A DNA stretch of 51,436 nt from a virus. The notes beneath the pieces were generated by a model that saw only the letters and a program-made list of their open reading frames with translations, was not told the origin of the DNA and did no database searches. The stretch is from the IMG/VR virus record IMGVR_UViG_3300023116_000003; one strand, written 5' to 3'. The translations under genes and the position numbers were made by a program. Of this stretch, positions 30,801 through 40,546 are shown piece after piece. Numbering within the stretch: the stretch's first letter is position 1; each line of letters opens with the position of its first letter.

Positions 30801-33800
30801 GCTGCACAAGCCTTCATGACCTTACCACCAGCTGCGCGTTGCTGACGTTTATTGATAATAGCATCATACATTTTTCTACGTTCTTCTTCGGCCTGTTTAG
30901 GATTGTCATATCCTTTGATCACTCCGCTGTCTATCAGTTTTTTAAACTTCTTTCTAGTTCCACTGTCTGATAGTATTGTGCCGCTTTCAGGGTCATAGCT
31001 AGGAAGTAGATACTCCTTTCCATTTACTCCCAGTCCTTTGATGTACATAGTTACATCCTCTCCCTTCATCTTACCAGTCATACCACCACGCACTACTGCA
31101 TCATGGTAGCTTTCTAAAAACTTAAAGTTTTCTGGATGTATGTAACCGCCCTTGGCATACCCATGTAACTCCTGACTTTGGGCGGGAGTCATATAGCGGG
31201 CTTGCTGCTCATCTATCAGTTTGGTTATACGCTCCTCTGCTTCAGCCCTACTCCTAGCTTGCATAGCAAAGCCAAGGTTGTTGTTAAACTGATCCATCTC
31301 CCGTTCGGGGACGTTAGATATAACCTCCCGGGCATTGATCAGGAACTTGGATAACTCAGGTTTCTTAGAACGCTGTGCTAACCAGCCAAGGGCAAGATGT
31401 CGTGCTGCATCTCCCTTACCATCCATCTCTTCCCGCTGACCGTACTTCATGCCAAGGGAGTTGGCCCATTCTATATCGCTGTTTTCTATGCCGAGTTTGG
31501 AGGCAACACCCCGGCCTACAGCGTTACCCGCTTTTTTCAGTTTGCTGGCTGTAGTTTTGAAGATTGACTTCAATATTCTACCGCCTTCGTTGTATCTAGG
31601 TATCTCTATTTGCTTGTCGGGGAGATCAATAACTAGCCAACCATCTTTCATTCTAGTTGTAGCATCAATATCTTTTGCTACAGCTTTAGCAATTTTAGGT
31701 ATCTCTGTTTCGTATCTTTTCTGTACTTCTTTAGATCGTACTAAATCATTAACACCTGAAGGATCAACAGCTATTTCTATACGGTCAAGACCTTCATCGT
31801 ATGCCCTTTGGATTTCTCCGTAGATACCCCGCTTAACGTAAGGGAAGTCTGTTACTGGCATGATATACTCATCACCGAACATATCTTCAAACTCTTTTAG
31901 TTCTTTAATTTCTTCTTTAGTTTTATTAGGCTTATCACGCAGCTTCTTACCTTTCTTTATTATTTCAGCCCTTTCTATATTACTGTTCAGCTGATCAGAC
32001 TGTATCTCAAGTATCCTTACTGCACCATCTTCTACATCAGTGCGTGTGTGGAAAGAAAATTCACCTTCATCAGGAAAATGAGTAGATTTACCCATTACAC
32101 GAGGATCGTTGTATAGCCTTACTTTATAAGTATCTAGATTTGTGTCGGGAAGAGTAATTTCTGAAAAATCTACTTTTGTTGCGTCTGGCTCAAAGTAATC
32201 AATGCTGGGTATTTCCCAACCTAGCAAGAAGTCATCACGGAACATGCCATCAATTTGTTCCGGTACACTCTCATATTCCTCTTCCATATCTAAATAGCCA
32301 ATGTCTTCATATTCCTTAATACCTTTTGGTGTTAGAGTAACGTCTTCTATGAATGTTTCTCCGTTATTTAAAATACCAAGTTTATAATCTTTTACTAGTC
32401 CGTTATCTACAGCCTCTTTTAATTCTGCTTCATAGGCGGTTTTTATTGCGTCTAATCTTGCTTCGATAAGTTCTTCCTCAGAAGGTACTACAACCTCTGG
32501 TATGTCATCCATATCAACTTCTCTAACACCAAACTTATTTTTATCTGAACGAGCAGACTTTATAGTGTTTAGAATTTCAGGAGTTAACCTACCTTTTGTT
32601 GCTAATTGAGACTTAGGTATCTTACCTTTAGCATCATCCAAGTTGTCACCCAGAAACTCAATAGCATCTTTTATTCTAGATGATTCTATTTCTACTTTAG
32701 GTACACCCTGATTAATCAGAAAGTTTTCAAACGACTGCACAGGTATAGGCTGCCCACGTTCAATAAGCTTGTCCAAAGCATTGTCTAGTTTAGAAACCAC
32801 CTTTACATTACTTGTTGTGGTTTGGGCGGGGGCTTCTGACAACTGTTCAAGAGCCAGTTCTAGTTCGTTCTCTAGTTCATTTGCTAGATCATCATCGCCA
32901 GCAGCAACAGCCTCGTCTATCCTTTTATAGTACTGTTCTTGGAGTTCCTGTTCTGGGGAAACAGTGGGTGTCTCTATATCTCGCGCATTAATTTCATCAA
33001 GGACATTGGTCATTTCAAAATTAATACCTTCTGCGTCCAACGGAAGTTCATCCGCAAGCTGGTTTGCTTTGTTAAAAGCTTCCATTTCTTCGCGGGTGTA
33101 CCCACGCCAGATACTAAACTCGTCACCGCCTATCGGCCCCTGCCATCCCTGTTCCCTCATCTGGTCAACAGTCAAGTCGTGTTTCTCGTCCAGCAGCGCA
33201 CGGGCGTTTAACTCTGTAAACTCTTGGACTTTAGGGTCAGCCAGTTCTTCAGGGGTGTAGAAACTTTCTATTTTTTTGGCAGCTGCTTCTGCTGCCTCAT
33301 CAGATATATTCTTTTTAGAATAGGTTTTGATTATGTTAAATACGCCTTTGGCAAAACCACCCAAAGCAAACCCAAACCTATCTTCTTCATCAATCATGAT
33401 ATCCCCGGCCTGTTCCTTGTAAGGAAGTCCGGTCATTCTGTCAATACGCTCGTCTGGTTCTACTGGGGCTTGAGGTACGTTATAAACCTCCCCGCCTTTA
33501 GCAAACGTAGGATACTCTTCTTGGTATTTTGGTATTTGTTGTAATTTGTCTTGATATTCTCCTGTCCAACTTCCCTGACTTAACTCTTGCAACTCTGCAA
33601 GGAGTCTAGGATGTCTCGTTTCTATAACATAATCTATAGAATCTAAAGGTACTGTTGTTAACAAATTTCTTGCTTTTGTCAAAGCCTTTTTTGTTTCTCT
33701 AATTTTTTCTCTATTCCACCCACCTAAAAACTGACCAGTTTCTCGGTCTCTTTCAACTACAATATCAAGTATATGGTCAACACTATCAGGTCTGAACACG

Positions 33801-36800
33801 CCGTCACTCAGTTCATCAAATCTTTCTTTACCATAATCGTTATCTGTAAGTATTCTTTTAGCTGCCCTTTCACCTTCGCGTCTAGTCCCAAACAAATTTA
33901 CAAATGCATTATATTTTCTAAACAGTGTCTGTTGTGCTTCGTAATTGTCAGATTGCTTTTGTATGTATTCCTGTACAATTTCTTCGGGAGTTCCTGTGTT
34001 GTCATACTTAACTGTACTACTTTCAACCTCAGTACCATTGTATTCAACAAGAGCCATCGCAAGGCTATCTTCAGGTCTAAATTCAACCCACCTAAGTCCT
34101 ATATTATTTAATAATATTTGAGAATTGGTTAGCTGCTGGGCTGTATAAGGATTAGGAGCATTAACAACAGATTTTGAAATATCTATTAAACTTTGAGGTA
34201 TAGCTAACTCAACTAAATTATAAACGCCATGTGCTATTTTTTCAGAAACAGACTCACTAGGGGATATAATAACCTTACCATCAATACCTCTACCAGCTTC
34301 CCAGTTTGCTATTAATGCGCCAACATCTAAAAGTTTTTCTGTCAGCATACTTTCGCCAGCAAAAGGTTCAGCTAGTTTTATAGTTGATCTAATGGCAATA
34401 CCAATTAACTCTTTATCTAATTCTTCCGCTGAAATATCGTCATTTAAAACCCGATTGGCTACTGCCATTAGCGGCTGCTGGATATAATCATATGAATTCA
34501 AAAACTGTGTATCTAAATAATAGATACGACCATCTTCTTCATCCAGCTTCCACATGCGCGGAGACTCTTTAGAGTATATCGTTTCAGTTAAGATAGAAGC
34601 ATTGCGTTCTTGCTGTTCTGTAAAACCAGCTGCCTCCCCTGACATGGTAGAAGCACCTTCCCAGATAGGTGCGCCTGTTACTAGAAAAGCACCTAGCCTA
34701 CGCTGCCCTCTTTCAACTATTACAGGGTTTCCGCTTTTTAGTTCTTTAGTTGCTTGTACAATAATGTTAGTACTAGTCCTCATTACTTCAGCAGGAAACG
34801 CAATAAAGTTACCTATAGGCAGCGATCTTATTCTTTTGATCCCCGGAGGAACTCTGTTGTAAGTAGGGAATGTATTTTTTACTATTTCTGCTGCTTGTAC
34901 TTCTAGTTCAGAAATAGGTGTATCAGGATATGCTTGCTTTAAAGTATCCAGTTCTTGTAGATAACCACTAATTTTGAAAAAGTCATCTGTAGCTGTATAT
35001 ACTTTAGCGGGAGTACTGTCTCCGATAGCACTACCTATTTTATCTAATGGCCTTGTGTTGATATCAAAGCCTCCTGAAATCCCTACATCCATAAGCTTAA
35101 GGAATTCGTTTGCTCTGACACTAGAACTAACTAGTCCTAGTTCTAAATAACGATTGTACGTTTCGTTAAGAGAAGCATCACCGCCCGCAGTAATATTATT
35201 TTTTAATAATTTAAAAGAATCTACAGGTGATTCAAACGGATTTAAACCGTTACGTATTGCAAACTGAGTAGCACCTATAAAGTTTCTGATATGAGTTGTG
35301 TGACTACCTACAGTTTTTGCAGCCTGAGAAAAACCTTTGAGTTGCAAAAATCTGTCATACATATCGTATTCATGTCTGGCTCTATCTCTAAAACGATCTT
35401 CTGTTCCTTTTAAAGCCCTCGCCATTTCAGGAGTTGTATACATACCCTCAATAGGAGAACCCCCAGTACCCTGTATTTTAGTAGCAAAAGGCCCGACAGG
35501 CTGGTCAAACAAATACTGATTTTGAGCCATGTCTTTAACACGCCCAAGATATTCTGTATTTCTTAAATAGTTAGAAGCTTGAGTTATAGATAAAACTAAG
35601 GAACTTTCAGGCTCTCGTATTTCACCTAACAAGTTTCTTATTTCTTCCGGTATCTCTTGGCGGGCATTCATGATTTTATCATTTACTCTACGCATAGTTG
35701 TAAAGTAAGTCATGTTGCCTTCAGCACCCATTATAATTTCTTTTAAATTAGCCTTTGCTTGCGCTTCTATCTGAGCCTCATTAAAATTAGGATTGGCTTT
35801 AGCTACTTGACGATACATATAATTTTCAGCATCTAAAATAACTTGAGGCTTCTTGTTTATATTTGTCTCGTCTAACTGTTTTAATGTCTGGTCAACGTAA
35901 CCAGCATCAGTATATGCCCTGTATGATCTACGAATGTAAGCACCCATGTTAGCTGAAAGAATTTCTTTTAACTCAGGGGCTACATAATTAGAATTTATAA
36001 GCTGTTTAGACAAGTCATCTAGCAGCATCCTAGCTTCATAGATAGGCTCTGCAACTTCAGGCGGGATATCAAATTTTTCTGTTAAATCAAGAATAGCCCC
36101 TTCACGATCAGAGTCATAAATTAAATTTAGATCATCTTCTAAAGCACCCATTATTCTTTCACGGATACCAGCCCGTTCACTGCTTCTGGTAAACGCAGTG
36201 TCTATAGCATTTTTTAAATCATTTGCAATATTAACTGCTCTAGCAGAATCTGCCTTCGCAAAGTTTATAGACATTTCTTCTAGTGCTTTAGCACGTTCTG
36301 ATAAAGAACCTCTGGAACTAAAAACTAAATTCTTAGTCCTAGTAACAACAGCAGCTATGTTTTCAAGAAGATTATTAGTCGGCTGCATTGTCTGATTTAA
36401 AGCCCGAACTCCACCTTCAATGTCAGGAGTTTGTGTATCTCCAAACATATCTATAGTTGCAGACCTAAGTGGGGGTCTTATTGTTTCTTCTTTAGGCTCT
36501 TCTAATTTTTTAATATTTGTAATTATATCGTCAAATAGTTCTAACTGTTCTGGCTGGTCTAAATCGGCAATAGGCTTACCAAATTTATCTCTAACGTAAC
36601 CAGAAATATCATTCATTGCATTTTTGCCAAAACCGAACGCTTTAAACAAACCAACAAATGTGCCTTCTAACAGACTATTTTCTACTAAATTGGTTAGTCT
36701 ACGTTTGGTTACAGTTTCTTCTCTAGAATCTGTAGCAGATGCAAAATATTGCTGAAGCAGATTACGGGACTCTTCTTCTTCTCCTTTAAAAAAAGTAGGG

Positions 36801-37429
36801 AAAAGTTCTACTGCTGTGTCCATTAAAGTAACGTCAGATGCTGCTCCAGAATATATTTGTTCTGCCATTAAAGAACCAGTAACACCCCTTGTAGCAGCTG
36901 TTCGTCCTACTCCAAGTCTATTCATAGTAGCTATATAAGTAGCTATGTCTGTACCTATGCCAGCAGTTGTTTCTCTTTCTTTAGCTAGAAAATCTTCGTC
37001 TACATTTGCTTCAATAAACTTCTGTATATCTTTACCTACAACAGGAATATCCCCGGCTAACTGAGACATAGCCTGTGTACTTAAACCTACAGCTTTTTCA
37101 GGATCAATCACCTTTAAAGATTTTTGCCACTCTCCAAACTCTTCATCCGTCAGCCATTCTCCATTTTTACTTGGTGGCACAGAAAAATTTTCTACTACTA
37201 GATTAGGAACATCCAAAACAGTAGCTGCTATATCTTGGGAAGTATCTAAAACTGACCTAAAAATATCAGCACCATAACCTGTCCTATTTTCTCTCTGTTG
37301 TTCTCTTAGAATGTCCATCATAATTGATGGGCTTTCCCGAACATTAGGTTCAGTAACAGTAATGCTGCTTTCTATTTCATCTAAATCTAAATCTAAAGAT
37401 GGTCTAATAGGTTTTAGTTTTTCTGACAT
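30797..37429 (-). CDS. Giant 2210-aa internal virion / ejection protein (multidomain, polyvalent-like)
   Basis: Single uninterrupted track ORF, last of the internal-protein block. I recognise no catalytic domain with confidence. Notable motifs: HFPDEGEFSFHTRTD..RILEIQSDQ (~31990-32100) and GDAARHLALGWL (~31385-31420). Confidence 0.9.
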   Translation of the reverse strand: MSEKLKPIRPSLDLDLDEIESSITVTEPNVRESPSIMMDILREQQRENRTGYGADIFRSVLDTSQDIAATVLDVPNLVVENFSVPPSKNGEWLTDEEFGEWQKSLKVIDPEKAVGLSTQAMSQLAGDIPVVGKDIQKFIEANVDEDFLAKERETTAGIGTDIATYIATMNRLGVGRTAATRGVTGSLMAEQIYSGAASDVTLMDTAVELFPTFFKGEEEESRNLLQQYFASATDSREETVTKRRLTNLVENSLLEGTFVGLFKAFGFGKNAMNDISGYVRDKFGKPIADLDQPEQLELFDDIITNIKKLEEPKEETIRPPLRSATIDMFGDTQTPDIEGGVRALNQTMQPTNNLLENIAAVVTRTKNLVFSSRGSLSERAKALEEMSINFAKADSARAVNIANDLKNAIDTAFTRSSERAGIRERIMGALEDDLNLIYDSDREGAILDLTEKFDIPPEVAEPIYEARMLLDDLSKQLINSNYVAPELKEILSANMGAYIRRSYRAYTDAGYVDQTLKQLDETNINKKPQVILDAENYMYRQVAKANPNFNEAQIEAQAKANLKEIIMGAEGNMTYFTTMRRVNDKIMNARQEIPEEIRNLLGEIREPESSLVLSITQASNYLRNTEYLGRVKDMAQNQYLFDQPVGPFATKIQGTGGSPIEGMYTTPEMARALKGTEDRFRDRARHEYDMYDRFLQLKGFSQAAKTVGSHTTHIRNFIGATQFAIRNGLNPFESPVDSFKLLKNNITAGGDASLNETYNRYLELGLVSSSVRANEFLKLMDVGISGGFDINTRPLDKIGSAIGDSTPAKVYTATDDFFKISGYLQELDTLKQAYPDTPISELEVQAAEIVKNTFPTYNRVPPGIKRIRSLPIGNFIAFPAEVMRTSTNIIVQATKELKSGNPVIVERGQRRLGAFLVTGAPIWEGASTMSGEAAGFTEQQERNASILTETIYSKESPRMWKLDEEDGRIYYLDTQFLNSYDYIQQPLMAVANRVLNDDISAEELDKELIGIAIRSTIKLAEPFAGESMLTEKLLDVGALIANWEAGRGIDGKVIISPSESVSEKIAHGVYNLVELAIPQSLIDISKSVVNAPNPYTAQQLTNSQILLNNIGLRWVEFRPEDSLAMALVEYNGTEVESSTVKYDNTGTPEEIVQEYIQKQSDNYEAQQTLFRKYNAFVNLFGTRREGERAAKRILTDNDYGKERFDELSDGVFRPDSVDHILDIVVERDRETGQFLGGWNREKIRETKKALTKARNLLTTVPLDSIDYVIETRHPRLLAELQELSQGSWTGEYQDKLQQIPKYQEEYPTFAKGGEVYNVPQAPVEPDERIDRMTGLPYKEQAGDIMIDEEDRFGFALGGFAKGVFNIIKTYSKKNISDEAAEAAAKKIESFYTPEELADPKVQEFTELNARALLDEKHDLTVDQMREQGWQGPIGGDEFSIWRGYTREEMEAFNKANQLADELPLDAEGINFEMTNVLDEINARDIETPTVSPEQELQEQYYKRIDEAVAAGDDDLANELENELELALEQLSEAPAQTTTSNVKVVSKLDNALDKLIERGQPIPVQSFENFLINQGVPKVEIESSRIKDAIEFLGDNLDDAKGKIPKSQLATKGRLTPEILNTIKSARSDKNKFGVREVDMDDIPEVVVPSEEELIEARLDAIKTAYEAELKEAVDNGLVKDYKLGILNNGETFIEDVTLTPKGIKEYEDIGYLDMEEEYESVPEQIDGMFRDDFLLGWEIPSIDYFEPDATKVDFSEITLPDTNLDTYKVRLYNDPRVMGKSTHFPDEGEFSFHTRTDVEDGAVRILEIQSDQLNSNIERAEIIKKGKKLRDKPNKTKEEIKELKEFEDMFGDEYIMPVTDFPYVKRGIYGEIQRAYDEGLDRIEIAVDPSGVNDLVRSKEVQKRYETEIPKIAKAVAKDIDATTRMKDGWLVIDLPDKQIEIPRYNEGGRILKSIFKTTASKLKKAGNAVGRGVASKLGIENSDIEWANSLGMKYGQREEMDGKGDAARHLALGWLAQRSKKPELSKFLINAREVISNVPEREMDQFNNNLGFAMQARSRAEAEERITKLIDEQQARYMTPAQSQELHGYAKGGYIHPENFKFLESYHDAVVRGGMTGKMKGEDVTMYIKGLGVNGKEYLLPSYDPESGTILSDSGTRKKFKKLIDSGVIKGYDNPKQAEEERRKMYDAIINKRQQRAAGGKVMKACAA

Positions 37430-37437
37430 TTTAATAT

Positions 37438-38724
37438 TTACTCTTGCCCGCTAAAAGTATTTAAACCTGATAGTTCTTCAAACAATCTTATCAGTGCAGT
37501 TTCCTTTTCTTCCTGTGATGCATATTCATCACTTAATATTTCATCAGTTTCAAAAATATTCCTAACATAGTTCTGCATCAGTAGTTGTTGAAGATCAAAG
37601 CCTTGCCTTGGAGCAAAATCAGGTTTGATATTTTCCGGCTTATCAGCAACTTCTTTATATATGTTATAGGATTTTTTGAATTCCTCAGCATTTTTAGGTT
37701 TTATTATAAAGTCGGGATTAGTTATTAATTCTTCCTGCGCCTTTCTTGTTAAAGGAGACATGTACACAGAGTCACTAAAAGGTACAATTGAATCTGCAAA
37801 AGCTTTTTGTATACCTTCTTCTGTTCTAAAATCTATTGGATCAGCATCTACATCAGTTATTGCAATATTTTTATTTAGCCTACGGTCAAAGAAAGTGCTT
37901 TTTGTAACTTTTTTATAGACACCAGTAGTTCCCGTACCAGTATAACTAATATTTTTATCTACTAAAGTCCTAAACTCTCCAGCCCTTTCGTCACTCATTA
38001 TATCTTTTTCCATTGCAGTTAGTTTATCTGCAATTTCAAAAGATTCACTAAGACCTCTACCTGAATTAAAGGCTGCATTAGCTAATTCAAAAGCTTCAAG
38101 ATTATCTTTATATTTGTTGTTAGCACTTTCTAACAAAACATTATATTCTATTTTCTTTTTATCTTCAGGTTTAAAAAGATTTACTGCCCAACCAGCAAAA
38201 GCCTGTCCCACATTAGTAGGTAAATTTTCTTTTACTAATCGCTGACGGGCTGCTATAGCCTCTTCAGGCGTAGCTAACTGCGAACCATATTTTATAACAT
38301 TATCAAATGCCTTTGCTTGTGCTACGGCTTCTTCATGAATTTGTTTTCTAACAAATGCTTGAACTTCTGGTAATGTAGCTAGTTCGTCATTTTCTAAAAT
38401 TTCTCTTGCTCGGGCATCGGCCTGAGTCATTAAATTATCTTCAATATACTGCAAAGAATTTTTGTTTTGTTTTATCATCTCTTCTTGCATAGGAAGAGCC
38501 TTTTCATATTCTTTGGATGCCCTGCCTAACTGTACTAACTCAGCCCTAAAACCTTCATCGTTTAAAAAGTCTTCAGCTTTTTGTTTAAGAAATGCGTTAC
38601 CTATACCCCCAGCTATAGTACCAAGGGCAGTTTCTCTCTGCATTCTACGCTGCTGTTTAGCTACCCTTCGCTGCCTCTGACGCTGTCCCGCAAGCAGTGA
38701 TTGTCCAAACTGTTCAATAGCCAT
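37438..38724 (-). CDS. Internal virion protein, 428 aa
   Basis: Track ORF with an AAGAGGA SD, in the block of large genes between the fibre/lysis region and the giant gene. Confidence 0.85.
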   Translation of the reverse strand: MAIEQFGQSLLAGQRQRQRRVAKQQRRMQRETALGTIAGGIGNAFLKQKAEDFLNDEGFRAELVQLGRASKEYEKALPMQEEMIKQNKNSLQYIEDNLMTQADARAREILENDELATLPEVQAFVRKQIHEEAVAQAKAFDNVIKYGSQLATPEEAIAARQRLVKENLPTNVGQAFAGWAVNLFKPEDKKKIEYNVLLESANNKYKDNLEAFELANAAFNSGRGLSESFEIADKLTAMEKDIMSDERAGEFRTLVDKNISYTGTGTTGVYKKVTKSTFFDRRLNKNIAITDVDADPIDFRTEEGIQKAFADSIVPFSDSVYMSPLTRKAQEELITNPDFIIKPKNAEEFKKSYNIYKEVADKPENIKPDFAPRQGFDLQQLLMQNYVRNIFETDEILSDEYASQEEKETALIRLFEELSGLNTFSGQE

Positions 38725-38737
38725 CTATATAATCCTC

Positions 38738-39310
38738 TTACTGTTGTGCCATCAAACTGGCGGGGGCTTCTTCAGCTTCTTCTGCGGGCGGTTGAGCCAT
38801 CAAGCTGTCTACAGGCATTTCTTCAATTGCTGTTTCTATTTTATCAGGTAACACACCCGCAGGTACGCCCTTGGCATTTTTTATTTTATCCAATACTCTT
38901 TTAGTAGAAGCGATGCCCATTACTTCTTCTTCAGCTGCTTCTTCTTCCTCTTCACCCCGATATATAACGTAGTCAATATCAAGACGTTCAGCTAAAGCCA
39001 TAATCATGTAGGTCATAGGTTCAGCCAACAGAAGCATCAAGTCGGGGTTCCATTTGCCGTTGTTAAACCCTTCAAACAGAAACACCTGCACAAAGTCCAT
39101 AATAGGAAAGCCACCTGAAATTTCCTGCATCAAGGGCATGTAAGTTTCTTTTTCGGTGATTGCTACAAAAATGTATTCAAGGGCATCACGCATCTCTGTA
39201 AACTCAGGAGACTTCTCAAAAGGCTGTGGGTTTTCAGGATCATTAGTCAGGGACTGCCCGGGGATAGCCCGTCCCGCCCTATTGATATAATCTGCCATAT
39301 CTTGATTCAT
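38738..39310 (-). CDS. Acidic virion-associated protein, 190 aa
   Basis: Track ORF with an E-rich C-terminal half. Confidence 0.8.
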   Translation of the reverse strand: MNQDMADYINRAGRAIPGQSLTNDPENPQPFEKSPEFTEMRDALEYIFVAITEKETYMPLMQEISGGFPIMDFVQVFLFEGFNNGKWNPDLMLLLAEPMTYMIMALAERLDIDYVIYRGEEEEEAAEEEVMGIASTKRVLDKIKNAKGVPAGVLPDKIETAIEEMPVDSLMAQPPAEEAEEAPASLMAQQ

Positions 39311-39314
39311 GTTA

Positions 39315-40544
39315 TCATCCTATCGTTACTGGTGATGCAAATGCGCCCATCCTTCTAGCCCACTCACCTGTTGGTCTATAATAACGGTCTCCCGGCTGGG
39401 CTATATCAATTTGGAACATGGGATTACCAAACATAGGTAAAGGTGCTGCCTCTTCTACTTCGTACTGAGGCATTATTATAGGTGCTGCACCGTAAACTGA
39501 CTGCCCGCCAAAGCCTGTTTCAGGTGTAGAGAAATATTCTTGGGCAGCAGTAGTGATCCCTGCTGTAACTGCCTCTCCTGTTAGGTTAATACCAGAAGTA
39601 GATTTTTCTAATCCAAAATCATAGTCTAATGCTTCCTCTTTTAATTCTTTAAGAGGGCGCACAGTCGTTGTTGGTACTTTAGAAGGATCAGCAATTGCCT
39701 CTTCCCAGCTGGGTGCAGAATAACCATCTCTTAAAAGATTAGTTTTTTCAGGCTGAACAGCTTCAACTCCACCTTTTATAAATCCTTCTTCATACAAACC
39801 AGCAGATTTCTGGGCTAACAAGCTATCCCCACCAGTAATAGTAGCCTGTGCAGATGTAGGTATTTCTGGGAGTTCAGGCATTTCAGGTAAACCTAAATCA
39901 AATCCTTGTTTGCCCGGGGCTTGAAGGCTAACTTCTGGCATATCATATTTAATTCCAGAATCAAATACATTATCAGTTTGTACTACAGGTCTAGATACTG
40001 CGGTTTCTAAACGCTGGAAAGACGGGTCAAACTGACGCATCCATTTGCTTGATCCAATTGTAGTGTTCCAAGTTTTAGCAGTAGCACCTGCTGCTCTGCC
40101 AAATGCAGTATCTGCTCCAAAGAATCCATCTTTGCCCATAAGAAAACTATCAGCTGCACCTTCAATATTTATTCCGGGGATTTTATTAGCAGCTGTCTTA
40201 ATTGTTTCACCAAGAAAGTTTTTAACACCTGAGGTAACAGTATTAAACGCCCTAGCAGTCTGAGTTACAAACTTTGTTGCTGTACCTATAACTGCTTTCG
40301 CGCCCTGTACCAAAGCGTTGCCTCCAGCAGTACTCGCCCAAGCAGCTACTTTTCCTAGTGTCCCGCCTAGCGTTTTAAGCAAGGCTCCTCCAACTCCCGG
40401 CAGAATAAAGGACATAGCAATCTGACCGACAATGCCAACCTTGTCCATAAACTTACCAACACTTTTGGCAATTTTTTTAATACGTTTGCCTATAGACTTA
40501 AAGACTTTCTTTACGCCTTTAAATATTTTGCTAAAAAATCCCAT
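39315..40544 (-). CDS. Internal virion protein with amphipathic and hydrophobic N-terminus, 409 aa
   Basis: Track ORF. MGFFSKIFKGVKKVFKSIGKRIKKIAKSVGKF followed by IVGQIAMSFILPGVGGALL. Confidence 0.85.
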   Translation of the reverse strand: MGFFSKIFKGVKKVFKSIGKRIKKIAKSVGKFMDKVGIVGQIAMSFILPGVGGALLKTLGGTLGKVAAWASTAGGNALVQGAKAVIGTATKFVTQTARAFNTVTSGVKNFLGETIKTAANKIPGINIEGAADSFLMGKDGFFGADTAFGRAAGATAKTWNTTIGSSKWMRQFDPSFQRLETAVSRPVVQTDNVFDSGIKYDMPEVSLQAPGKQGFDLGLPEMPELPEIPTSAQATITGGDSLLAQKSAGLYEEGFIKGGVEAVQPEKTNLLRDGYSAPSWEEAIADPSKVPTTTVRPLKELKEEALDYDFGLEKSTSGINLTGEAVTAGITTAAQEYFSTPETGFGGQSVYGAAPIIMPQYEVEEAAPLPMFGNPMFQIDIAQPGDRYYRPTGEWARRMGAFASPVTIG

Positions 40545-40546
40545 GT

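Noticed and set aside
30797-37429. An N4-like scenario in which the giant virion protein is a packaged RNA polymerase using the early hairpins as promoters.
   Set aside because: I could not find T7/N4-type motifs A and C or a DxDGD two-barrel motif. The only hint is KRILTDNDYG (KR-x6-YG, about aa 1190), which resembles polymerase motif B, but a single short match is not evidence. The N-terminal LDLDLD is low complexity. Profile searches are needed before any such claim.
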